Positions 13,232-25,749 of a DNA stretch of 64,000 nt are shown in pieces. Position 1 is the first letter of the stretch; each line of letters opens with the position of its first letter. Position numbers and translations under genes: made by a program. Source of the DNA: Eledone cirrhosa (Eukaryota); NCBI GenBank assembly GCA_964016885.1, contig OZ024742.1:231012001-231076000 (forward strand), given 5' to 3'. The notes under the pieces were generated by a model that worked only from the letters and a program-made list of their open reading frames with translations, searched no databases and was not told the origin of the DNA.

Positions 13232-13234
<3 letters not shown>
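13040..13234 (+). mobile_element. Palindromic PLE-end element (half-hammerhead hairpin)
   Basis: Hairpin 13040-13155 with loop TGGACT. Family also at 17690-17893, 48397-48580 and 50264-50323. Between (TA)n tracts. Confidence 0.8.
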
Positions 13235-13298
<64 letters not shown>

Positions 13299-13315
13299 TA
13301 TACATATATATATAT

Positions 13316-13358
13316 AGTATAAAAGAGAAAACACAGGTAAGCATTAAGAGAAGGATTT

Positions 13359-13405
<47 letters not shown>

Positions 13406-13487
13406 ATATATGTATGTATATATATATATGTATGTATGTATATAAAATCCTTCTCTTAATGCTTACCTGTGTTTTCTCTTTTATACT
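13316..13487. repeat. Perfect ~46-bp inverted repeat flanking a TA/TG microsatellite
   Basis: AGTATAAAAGAGAAAACACAGGTAAGCATTAAGAGAAGGATTTTA and its reverse complement. Confidence 0.9.
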
Positions 13488-13641
13488 TTATACTCCAAGA
13501 TTGAACGGAATTCTTACAAACTTGTGGAGTCGCCCCTAACCGTACGTTGAAACCGTCCATAAACTGGCTTTCTTAACCACGAACTGGATCACAATAAGCA
13601 ATTTCTTGCTTCTCTAACTAGATATATATATATATATATAC

Positions 13642-13786
<145 letters not shown>

Positions 13787-13809
13787 CAAATATATATACA
13801 TACACACAT

Positions 13810-13886
<77 letters not shown>

Positions 13887-13903
13887 CATACATATACATA
13901 CAT

Positions 13904-13972
<69 letters not shown>

Positions 13973-13983
13973 CATATACATAC

Positions 13984-14049
<66 letters not shown>

Positions 14050-14217
14050 AATATTGAGTAAAATCGAAGTTGCAGCTGCGATTAGCATTTTTCGAAATTA
14101 ATTTTCTGAGGCTGGTACAAATCACTCAATGGGGTGCTAACGATAAATCGATAAATTATAGCTCAGAGTAATAACAATACGTTAGGGCCGTGACAAGGAA
14201 AAACTAAAAACAAAAGA

Positions 14218-14264
<47 letters not shown>

Positions 14265-14324
14265 ATATAAGACGAATCTCACTCTCTCACACACGCACAC
14301 TATATATATATATATATATAAACC

Positions 14325-14330
14325 CATCTC

Positions 14331-14397
<67 letters not shown>

Positions 14398-14763
14398 CTC
14401 TAGATCTCTAGTTCTCTCTCTTTCTCTCACTCTCTCTCTCTCGCTCTCTTTCTCTCTCTCTCTCTATCTATCTAGATCTCTCTCTCTCTCTCTAGATCCC
14501 TCGATCTCTAGATCTCTAGTTTTCTCTCTCTCACTCTCTCTCTCTCTCTCTCGATCTCTAGATCTCTAGATCTCTAGTTCTCTCTCTTTCTCTCACTCTC
14601 TCTCTCGCTCTCTTTCTCTCTCTCTCTCTATCTATCTAGATCTCTCTCTCTCTCTCTAGATCCCTCGATCTCTAGATCTCTAGTTTTCTCTCTCGCTCTC
14701 TCTCGATCTCTCTCCTCTCTCTCTCTCGATCTCGATCTCTCTCTCTCTCGATCTCTAGATCTT

Positions 14764-14797
<34 letters not shown>

Positions 14798-14799
14798 GA

Positions 14800-14838
<39 letters not shown>

Positions 14839-14851
14839 CTCTCGATCTCTA
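14325..14851. repeat. (CT)n tract with TCTAGATC/TCGATC interruptions and a ~166-bp duplication
   Basis: Unit at about 14403 recurs at about 14569. Confidence 0.85.
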
Positions 14852-15431
14852 TATTGATGTATAAATGTGTAATTGTAACAATAATATATTTGATGGAGTC
14901 ATGAGTATTTTTACAGTGCTATCTTCTATGGTAGCATTTGTGGTAGCATTTGTCTGCATTTAGTTGGCAGCACAGGATATGAAATATTAACAAGTAGTTA
15001 TGATGGACATTTTTTAATGTTCTTAAACGAAAAATGTCTGATGTTGAAGTTATTTGTCCGTGAAGTGGTTTACGTTTCGATGGACTTCATCGTAAAAATT
15101 CCTAAACCGTCTTCATATAACAAAAAGTAATTTTCATGATCTTTTCGATAGCACTGCGAGGTCTGCACTGGGACCAATGTATATATATATATATTTATAT
15201 ATAATATTATATATATATATATTATGTATATATATTATATATATTATATATATGTATGTATGTATATATATATATGTGTGTGTGTGTGCGTGTGTGTGTG
15301 TGTGTGTAAATATATATATATATATAAAAACATTGGTACATATATATATATATATGTACATATATATATATGTGTGTGTGTTTGTGCGTATATATATATA
15401 TATATAAATGTAATCGGAGTCGCTTTTTTAT

Positions 15432-15497
<66 letters not shown>

Positions 15498-15594
15498 CGC
15501 ACAAACGCACACATCCTTTGCGTGACCATATCTTCCTCTATCTCTATCTGTTTATATATCAATATATATATATATGTGAGTGAGTGAGAGTGTA

Positions 15595-15654
<60 letters not shown>

Positions 15655-16204
15655 ATTAAAGTTTTATTTTACTTTGGATAGGTACGATCATCCGACCGGA
15701 ATCGATAAATCTGTGTGAGTGTGTGTGTGTGTGTGTGTGCGCGCGCGCGTGTGCAAAGACCACGTAGCGTGAGAAGAATACTTACGCCATGTTGAACATC
15801 TCCAAGAATCTGTAACACTGCCGTAACTGGTGCTAATGTTATTATCAGTGTCAATCGTGATTTTTGAATCGAAATTCAACGTTGTGAGAATCATTTTATA
15901 GAATCACGATCTGAATAGCGATAACTTTTGAGTACATCGCCTCTCTTTATTTATTTATTTCTCTCTTCACAGTCCAGTCTCTATCTATTTCGTAAATATA
16001 TATGTATATATATATATATGTGTATACATATATATGTGTATACATATATATGTGTATACATAATATGTGTATACATATATATATTTACGAAATAGATAGA
16101 GACTGGACATATATATATATGTATGTGTATATATATATATATTGTTATACTTTGGGAGGGTCATGATAAACAAATTCAGAAACGAATATATATATATACA
16201 TATA

Positions 16205-16284
<80 letters not shown>

Positions 16285-16334
16285 ATATATGTATATATAT
16301 ATATACATATATGTATGTATATATATATATATAC

Positions 16335-16390
<56 letters not shown>

Positions 16391-16423
16391 ATATATATAT
16401 GTATACATATATATGTATGTATA

Positions 16424-16475
<52 letters not shown>

Positions 16476-16651
16476 TATAGATATAGATAGGTAAATATAC
16501 ACGGGTGTGTATGATTGTGTATAGAAGATTATATTAATAAGAGGAATTCCAACTTTGTCTGATTTACTCGTTTTATTTACAATCCTTTAAAATATATATA
16601 ATGGTATTATAATGAAATAGTATGATAGAATATTAAATTCTAAGTGTTAAT

Positions 16652-16690
16652 TGAACAAGTACTTTCATGCTTTCGCAATCTTCAGGTTCA
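16652..16690 (-). ncRNA. Minimal type-I hammerhead (left arm)
   Basis: Reverse complement of 16779-16817. Confidence 0.75.
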
Positions 16691-16778
16691 TAATATGTGG
16701 TGACAGTCGAGTTTGCAATTTTCAACTGTCTTTTTTATACACACTGAAAATTGCAAACTCGACTGTCACCACATATTA

Positions 16779-16817
16779 TGAACCTGAAGATTGCGAAAGC
16801 ATGAAAGTACTTGTTCA
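16779..16817 (+). ncRNA. Minimal type-I hammerhead
   Basis: TGAAC-CTGAAGA-T-TGC-GAAA-GCA-T-GAAA-GTAC-TT-GTTCA; stem III AGTACT, CUU triplet. Confidence 0.75.
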
Positions 16818-17150
16818 ATTAACACTTAGAATTTAATATTCTATCATACTATTTCATTATAATACCATTATATATATTTTAAAGGATTGTAAATAAAACG
16901 AGTAAATCAGACAAAGTTGGAATTCCTCTTATTAATATATATATATATGTATATATATATATGTATATATATGTACATATATGTATATATATATATGTAT
17001 ATATATATATGTATATATATATATGTATATATATATGTATATAAAAAAAAATCAAAAAAATCAAAAAAATTGTTTAGAATTACAAGTTAAGTCATTCTTC
17101 TCCTTTATATATATATATATATATATATATACATTATATCTATCTATCTA

Positions 17151-17302
<152 letters not shown>

Positions 17303-17657
17303 TATTTACGAAATAGATAGAGACTGGACTGTGAAGAGAGAAATATATATATAAAAGGAAAAGAATTACTTTTCATGTACTTCTAAACAATCTCATTTAA
17401 TTTTATGATATGATTTTACAGTTTGGTTTAGTAAGTTCTCTGTTACCTTCGGTGGGGAGATTTTTAAAAATTCCTGGTTAACTTTCCTGGAGAACCTTTT
17501 CACATTCATCGGTTATGATGTCTGGCTTTATATATAAGAGAGATTTGGGTGTGTCTGAAGGAGGGGGTGGGTTAATGAGTATATATATCTATATATATCT
17601 ATATTTATATATATATATATATATATATATTTATTTATATTTATATTTATTTATTTA

Positions 17658-17689
<32 letters not shown>

Positions 17690-17693
<4 letters not shown>

Positions 17694-17893
17694 AACCAGT
17701 AAGACCCCGACGGCTGAGCTCAAGCCGTTGCGACGGCTAGTTCTGGACTGAATTAGTCCAGAATTAGCCGTCGAAACGGCTTGAGCTCAGCCGTCGGGGT
17801 CTTACTGGTTCCTATTACCCACTCTACTACCCCAAGTATTGAGTACTTTGGTGTGTTATGGTCCACCTGGTTCCTTACCACATTTCCCTCGTT
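17690..17893 (+). mobile_element. Palindromic PLE-end element
   Basis: Hairpin 17690-17814 with loop GAATT (17750-17754); same family as 13040. Confidence 0.8.
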
Positions 17894-17946
17894 ATATATA
17901 TATATATATATATATATGTGATTGTGTGTGTGTGTGTGTGTGTGTT

Positions 17947-17979
<33 letters not shown>

Positions 17980-18099
17980 TGATTTAATATGTTCTGGCTT
18001 GTTCATTTATTAACTCGCCATTGAACCACACTTCCATACGGTCGGACTATACTTGTATCCCTATGTGTATTATTTACATGTAGGAACACATACTTTTAT

Positions 18100-18207
<108 letters not shown>

Positions 18208-18212
18208 CATAT

Positions 18213-18620
18213 AGAGATGACCCCTTAGCCTTTGTCAAGGCAGAATTCTAGGAGAAGGAAAACTCTGATATAACACCTGCAACTCTAATGGTATCCAATG
18301 ATGTTGACTTGTTCTTCTTTTTGGTAAATATCATCTTGGTTAAGAGAGTCGGACTGGCTTTGTGCAGTGCCTTCGCTCACTGTAAAAGCTTCACGGCACA
18401 GGCATTACTTTATATCTGGAGATCTCTCTGCACTTGTCACCACAGGGTACAATGGGCCCAACAATATGTGTCAGTAATTGTCACAAGTGTAGTGTTTGTA
18501 CCAGAGTTTTCAAGTCGCTGGCTGGACTAAAAAGTCACACTCGTTCAGCGCATCGGTAGGGGTTTTCCTACATAGATATAAAGTAGTGGCCGTACTCGAA
18601 AACGAGTTGGCAGCCACCAT
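18213..18620 (+). mobile_element. Non-autonomous RTE-like element, 5'-truncated
   Basis: Near-identical to the reverse complement of 61787-62190. Encodes a CSVCTRVFKSLAGLKSH zinc-finger remnant. Confidence 0.7.
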
Positions 18621-18838
18621 ACATATATATATACATACATATATGTATATATATATATAGGTTATTAGGTGGGTAACTCATAGTTACTAGAGGCGACGCT
18701 GGGTGAAGCACTCGATGCTGTTACTGTGTCTGTCTCTCGGTAGATTGTTCTCCAAGTTTAAGGCGGCCGAGTGTATATAAAATGACTATAAGCATTGCAG
18801 CTTTTTGTAAACTTTATTTCATATTACAAATTGTTTCT

Positions 18839-18923
18839 ATATCTGAAGAAGTGTCGATTAAGTGTCGGGATTCGATCGCATGATCAAACCCTAGCTGATC
18901 AATATTGAAACAAATTGTAATAT
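18839..18923 (+). ncRNA. Type-I hammerhead with long stem II
   Basis: ATAT-CTGAAGA-AGTGTCGATT...GATCAATATT-GAAA-CAAATTG-TA-ATAT. An inverted copy of 18907-18950 lies at 18794-18837. Confidence 0.75.
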
Positions 18924-19252
18924 GAAATAAAGTTTACAAAAGGCTGCAATTATTGTCATCAGTGGCTGGTGCAGAAATGGAGTAAAGTATTCATTAAAAC
19001 AACAACAGAAGGCCGGACTGGAAAATTTACTATATATATATGTGTTTGTGTGAGTTTGTGTGGCGCGTGTGTGTGTGTTTGTGTATACAGGTGTTTTTCA
19101 AGAGAGCAATGTTAGCTGCGTAAGCCATTTAAGGTAGAACTTCCGCCGGATGTCGGCTGATTTGTCACCTTTTCATTATTATTCCGTCTGGTGGTGCAAG
19201 GGCATCACGCAATCAAGGCATATCATAGAAAGAAAAGGAACCAGATGATTCT

Positions 19253-19500
19253 CTAGTGGATTCCGGTATCAATGGAGAATAGGTCTAAGTTTACCTCAGG
19301 TGTCATTCCAAGGGCTGAAGTATTCTCATACATGACTTTGAGCATATTCTTTCGGTCGATCGAATCAAAAGCCTTTTTGAAATCTATAAATACAATCGCT
19401 GTCTCCTTCTTGAGAATCCGTACCTCTTCAACAATCCTTCTTAGAGCCAAAATGTGTGATGCAGTAGATCTAAATGCAATGTCAAACAAACAATAAACTT
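19253..19500 (-). pseudogene. RTE-type reverse transcriptase fragment
   Basis: HILALRRIVEE...IVFIDFKKAFDSIDR. Confidence 0.8.
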
Positions 19501-19806
19501 TTTGTATCTTGGCAGTTTTATGAAAACTGAGTACACCAGGATAGGCAATGTAAAACTCTATCAAAGCTTATAAAGATTTAGTCATGCATATAGGAGATAG
19601 GTAGAGCGTTTATATTCAGAATTAAAAGGAGGAGAATCAAATAACACTCATTAAAGAAGATTATTCACTCACAATTGCTTATATTAATTCTGCAAATAAG
19701 GACTGATGAAATCGCTTACTTTGGCATCATAATCGGATGATAGAGATGGGCCATAGAAATGTGTATAGTGCTCTTGCGGAATTAAAATTCTAAAGGGAAA
19801 TTGTCA

Positions 19807-19846
19807 GCCCTGATGATTTCCTTCGAATAAAACAGTTCTGGTCGCG
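19807..19846 (+). ncRNA. Decayed hammerhead (parent of the 47291 palindrome)
   Basis: CTGATGA-TTTC-CTTC-GAAT-AAAA-CAGTTCTGG-TC; G12 lost. Confidence 0.5.
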
Positions 19847-19957
19847 TAGAAACCATTCTATATCAAATTTGACGCTTACATTAATGTATTGAGTACCTTA
19901 CTAACTGCGGTTATCCCAGATTGAACCCGGGACTCTCTCTCACACACACACACACAG

Positions 19958-20096
<139 letters not shown>

Positions 20097-20378
20097 TTCA
20101 TATATATATATATCATATATATATACATATGTATATATACATCATATATATATAACAAGTAAGCATGTTTTGATTACGGTAGAGCGTCGGACAGAATGCA
20201 AGTTGTAGTCACACCGACGTAAACTTTACCTTTATTCCTTCCTAGATCGATAAAATAAAGTACCTAATCGACTTTCTCTTCCCCCATAAATTCTATTTTG
20301 CCAAAATTCTATATATGAGAAATATTTCTTTTAAGATTTGTCCCATAGCAGTCCTTTTCAGTTTAATTTTTAACATCA

Positions 20379-20463
<85 letters not shown>

Positions 20464-20585
20464 CCTAAAGATATATGGTATGTTAATGAATAAACGAATA
20501 CATATTTTGAAAGCCCAGCTATGAAAACTGAAAGGCTGACGGCCAACACATTCTCGTGGATTCCAGCAGAATCAGTAAGGGACAT

Positions 20586-20627
20586 CTGTCTATGCGTATT
20601 TCGAGCTATTGGCTCTCATCATGACAG
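20586..20627 (-). ncRNA. Decayed hammerhead
   Basis: CTGTC-ATGATGA-GAGC-CAATA-GCTC-GAAA-TACGCA-TA-GACAG; C3 changed to A. Confidence 0.7.
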
Positions 20628-20799
20628 TGCTTCACTGCTCTCTGGTGGGACTTGAAAACAGGCGTAAGTATTTTTGCCTGTGTAGGTGGGCTGATTAACC
20701 TCATTTGCATACGATGCTGTATAAGTTGGCTCAACTTAAAAGTCGAATTCAAATTTAGCTTCGGCATATATGTATACAGCTATGCTGAAGCTAAATTTC

Positions 20800-20852
<53 letters not shown>

Positions 20853-21039
20853 TAGTAAAGTGTAATTTTATAAAATACATCTAAAGCTCGGGGCGTACTT
20901 AATCCCTGAGATGAGTTGTGATTTATAAATATTCATTAAACTAACTATGCGATCATTTACGTAGAATTGTGCAGGTTTCGCTCAAGAAACGCTGTATTGC
21001 GCAACTGTTCCCCTACAACTTCGTAAGAAGTTATGCGTC

Positions 21040-21139
<100 letters not shown>

Positions 21140-21145
21140 AATGGA

Positions 21146-21693
21146 AAAGAATGAAACGAAATTTCATTTCTCACTCTTAGTACGGCTGGTACTTAAATGT
21201 AAGTATGTATGTATACGTACATACATATATGTATACAGACGTACAGTAGTATGTATATATGTACATACATGCACACATATATATATGTACGTATGGGTTT
21301 ACCGAACATTTATATTATAATGCTCGTGGATTGGCAGTATCGGTAGAGGGTCGGACGCCATGCTTTCCAGCATAGTTAGGTCCCTTTACGATCTGAGTTC
21401 AAATCCCGCCAAGGTTGACTTTGCCTTTCATCCTTACGGGGTCGATAAATTAAAGTACCAGTAATGCACTGGGTAATTGCTGGCCTTGTGCCTAAAGTAG
21501 AAACATTTATATTATAATGCTCGGTTTCTTTGTAAACAAACAGCCCGAATTACGTCGTACAGTGTTCAGGCAACCATCGTCACCTTTTTGTTCAACATAT
21601 ATACGTACATATATATATATGTGTGCATGTATGTGTATATATACATACTACTGTACGTCTGTATACATATATGTATGTACGTATACATACATA

Positions 21694-21697
<4 letters not shown>
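21146..21697. mobile_element. Inverted-repeat PLE-derived element (family of 57318-57760)
   Basis: About 21200-21293 is inverted relative to about 21602-21697; (TA)n flanks. Confidence 0.7.
21327..21501 (+). mobile_element. Nin-domain SINE with 22-bp TSD
   Basis: AACATTTATATTATAATGCTCG at 21305-21326 and 21502-21523. Confidence 0.92.
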
Positions 21698-21751
<54 letters not shown>

Positions 21752-21777
21752 GTATAATAAACAATACAATATAATTA

Positions 21778-21844
21778 CCTCATTACCAGAGGTTTCCCGA
21801 ATAAGACGATGGGAAAAACGTCCTCATTCGTTCATCGGACAAGG
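21778..21844 (-). ncRNA. Hammerhead with U4C change
   Basis: CCTTGT-CCGATGA-long stem II-GAAA-CCTCTGG-TA-ATGAGG. Confidence 0.65.
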
Positions 21845-22177
21845 CAATTTAAAACATAGTGAAATATTTGAAAAATCTCCTCAAGAAAGGCAAGAGTTTA
21901 ACGGGCAAAAAAAAACAAAACAAGAGATATATAAAAAAAAATAAGGAAATATAGTTAGGGTATGTGTATAAATGTGTTTATATTCACTCACAAATGTACA
22001 TATGTGTGTATGTACAAATGCATGTGTATAGTGAAAATGTGTGTGTGCGTAAGTGCGTATATGAGGGCAAGCATAATAGTGTATGTGTGACCAATACGTA
22101 TATAATATAAGTTGTACGTATTCATATATATATATTTTTTATATGTATGTGTGCGTACGTGCGAACCTATTTACACT

Positions 22178-22337
22178 GTAAGACCTCATAATTCGTTGTG
22201 TATCTTATTAAATTTAATTTTTAAAAATTAAAACAAAATACCTGATAACGATCAAATATGTTTGATCGTTATCAGGTATTTTGTTTAAATTTTTTTATTA
22301 AATTTAATAAGATAAACAACGAATTATGTGGTCTTAC
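22178..22337. repeat. Imperfect ~78-bp-arm palindrome
   Basis: Centred on CCTGATAACGATCAAA-TATG-TTTGATCGTTATCAGG. Confidence 0.85.
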
Positions 22338-22576
22338 TTTCAGTGTAGATTGTCTCTAGTTCTATGTTTTGATATGTCTTAGTGCACACTTATCTGTGTA
22401 TGAATATATTTCAATCACTTTCTTTTAATGATTAAGGCTCGATTTTATTCTCTGAATTCTATCTTGAGCTGTTTATAGAAATAAGACATGTTTGATTTTC
22501 TATCAGTCATGACACCCTTTGCTTTGAAAGTAATAATAATAATTTACATATTATATATATATGTGTGTATGAGTGT

Positions 22577-22633
<57 letters not shown>

Positions 22634-22634
22634 T

Positions 22635-22665
<31 letters not shown>

Positions 22666-23175
22666 GTTATATATATATATATAACTTAGCAATCGACAAA
22701 AAGCAGTTGGTAAATTGGTAAGTACTACGCTTGAAAAATAGGCACTAGGGGTCAATATTATCAACGAAAATGCAGTTATGATGGTGCTTCAGCATGGCCG
22801 CAGTCTAATGACAGAAACTAGTGAAAGAATAAAAGAATACAGTCAGTTGTATTTTAACAACTGATAACATAATCTAAAATACTCTATTTTCTACATCAAA
22901 ATCATCAATATTTACTATATTTATATCATTTGTTCAAAATGTACTTATTTTAACAGCAAAGATGCTTGCAATCTTCTGGGTACCGATTGGCAAACTTTCA
23001 GATATAAACTAAGTGTCAAGCACTAGAAGGAAATTCATATACACAGCTGGAACATCTTTGATTGTATGTGTTTAATTTAGCTAACCTGGTACTAAACAAC
23101 AACTACACATCTGTATATACCAATGTACTACAGTGAACCAACGATTGTAGCAGCTATATCTTCTTTTGGTGCAGT

Positions 23176-23782
23176 AATAATTGTTTCTACTTTTGGCACA
23201 AGGCTAGCAAATATCCAGTGTATTACTGGTACTTTATTTTATCGACCCCATACGGATGAAAGGCAAAGTTAACCTCGGCGGCATTTGAACTCAGAATGGC
23301 AAGGGCCGTAACTCTATGCGTCAAAGCATGGCGTCCGACCCTCTACCGATACTGCCAATGCACCCATTTTGATGCATTAATGATTTCTAGTATAGGCACA
23401 AGGCCAGTAATTTGGGAGAGTGGGGAAAGTCGATTAAATCGACCCCAGTACGTTATTTTATCGACCCCGTAATGATGCAAGGCAAAGTTAACCTCGGCGA
23501 GATTTGAACTCAAACCGTAATGGGCCGTAGCTCTATGTTGCAAAGCATGGTGTCCGACTCTCTAACGATACTGTCAATCCACCGGTCTTTTTGATGCAGT
23601 AATAATTGTTTGTACTTTTGGCACAAGGCCAGCAATTATGCCAGTGTATTACTGGTACTTTATTTTATCGACCCCGTAAGGATGAAATGCAAAGTTAACC
23701 TCGGCGGAATTTGAACTCAGACCATAAAGGGCGGTAACTCTTTGCTGCAAAGCATGGCGTCTGACCGTCTACCGATACTGCC
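23176..23782 (-). mobile_element. Three tandem Nin-domain SINEs
   Basis: Copies 23176-23364, 23378-23583 and 23601-23782, each preceded by a TTTTGATGCAGTAAT-like spacer. Confidence 0.9.
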
Positions 23783-24372
23783 TAGCAGTGAACTATCTCT
23801 CAAGAGGATAAAGATATATTATATCCTCAATGGAATTATATGATCTACGTCAATTTTAACAATGAGTGTTCCAGTTGTTCGTGAAATTAACGTTCATGTG
23901 GCTGAGCTTTCTACAAACACATATGCCGCTTAACATAATTCTGGGGGCGCTTCAGCGCGACAGTGTGTGTGAGAAGGCTAGCTCTTTAAATTCAAGGTAC
24001 ACTTCAGACAATTTTCTTCTACTGAATTTCACGCACAAAGCTAGGGTCAACCCAAGGCTATAGCAAAAGACACTTGCCCCAGATGCTACGCAGTAAGATT
24101 GAGCCTGGAGCTTTATGACGGCGAGGCGAGCTGTTTAAGCATGCAGCCAAGCTGTGTCAGTAAATAAATATATGTCTCTCACAATACAACTCATTAGTTA
24201 TTTTAAAATATTATAGTCTAAAAAAATAGTGGCATGCCTTGATATATTTCTGCTTTCATGTTTGTGTGGGCTGACTGATAGAATCAGTTGTATTGATTGA
24301 TTGCCGAGAGAGTGGATGTTATCTATGTGTGTGTACATATATACATCAGAAGAACTGATATATCTCCGACCG

Positions 24373-24524
<152 letters not shown>

Positions 24525-24596
24525 TGCTATTCCAAGCATTAAACTAATATATTTCTTCCATGTACTGTGTTGTTTGTTTTGTTATTTTTGTTATTA

Positions 24597-24652
<56 letters not shown>

Positions 24653-24653
<1 letters not shown>

Positions 24654-25281
24654 GTATGGATATTCCAACAGGCACTAGGTACCCACAGAAATATGCATGG
24701 TGTTTATAATAGTTGTGGTTCGATGGTACTAATTTGAGATACCAGAACTATAAAAATGACCGGAGCAAGTAATTATCAAACAATCTTTTAAATAAATTTA
24801 AAAACGATCTAAATATTCACCTGTTCTATTGCTGTTACCGACGGTTTCACTAATCAAAAGATTGGAAATCCAAAGAATTTCCAATGGAAAGAATTATATC
24901 TTCAGACAGCTGTTTCCATACTATAAGGGTGCAAAACCTCATAGTAAGTCAATATTTCGCTTACTGCCCGATGCATGCGGTCAAGCCGTTGAAGTGACGC
25001 ACACGCAAAATTAGGCCACAAGTAAAAGCGGGTTATTATAAACTTGCTGATCATGCCGCTAAAAATAGCAGCGCGATACAATGTTTTGTTCTCTACATAA
25101 GGAGGAAAATTATAAAAGGGTATGGATATTCCAACAGGCACTAGGTACCCACAGAAATATGCATGGTGTTTATAATAGTTGTGGTTCGATGGTACTAATT
25201 TGAGATACCAGAACTATAAAAATGAGCGGAGCAAGCAATTATCAAACAATCTTTTAAATAAATTAAAAAACGATTTAAATA
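24653..25281 (-). mobile_element. Partial-tandem pLTR/retrozyme-like element, 466-bp period
   Basis: 24653-24815 is repeated at 25119-25281; HHR inside; (TA)n flanks; no credible ORF. Confidence 0.8.
24831..24910 (-). ncRNA. Type-I hammerhead
   Basis: GCTGT-CTGAAGA-stem II (ATTGGAAAT/ATTTCCAAT)-GAAA-CCGTCGG-TA-ACAGC. Confidence 0.85.
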
Positions 25282-25500
25282 CATACATTATATATATATA
25301 TCAAGTAAGTATGTTTTGAAACAGTGAGCAGGTTTGAAATTAGAAAATAGAATAGCTTTCGTCGTATTTTTTACTAAAGGAATTTTAGCCTGATAATGGG
25401 GTTTAGAACCCTCAGATAAATGGGAAAAAATGAGTATTGACGTGCATGGGAGTCGAACCCACATCTTTGGTTATCGCGGCCACTGTGCTACACATGACCC

Positions 25501-25572
<72 letters not shown>

Positions 25573-25574
<2 letters not shown>

Positions 25575-25749
25575 TAGTATCGGTAGAGGGTCGGACGCCA
25601 TGCTTTGGCGTATAGAGTTACGGCCCTTGCTATTCTGAGTTCAAATCCTGCCGAGGTTAATTTTGCCTTTCATCCTTACGGGGTCGATAAAATAAAGTAC
25701 CAGTAATGCACTGGGTAATTGCTGGCCTTGTGCCAAAAGTAGAAACAAT
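25573..25749 (+). mobile_element. Nin-domain SINE
   Basis: Family consensus match. Confidence 0.9.

Larger units (their letters stand above)
16530..16939. mobile_element. Perfect ~195-bp-arm palindrome carrying a hammerhead on each arm
   Basis: Arms 16530-16724 and 16745-16939 with a 20-nt spacer. Confidence 0.9.
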
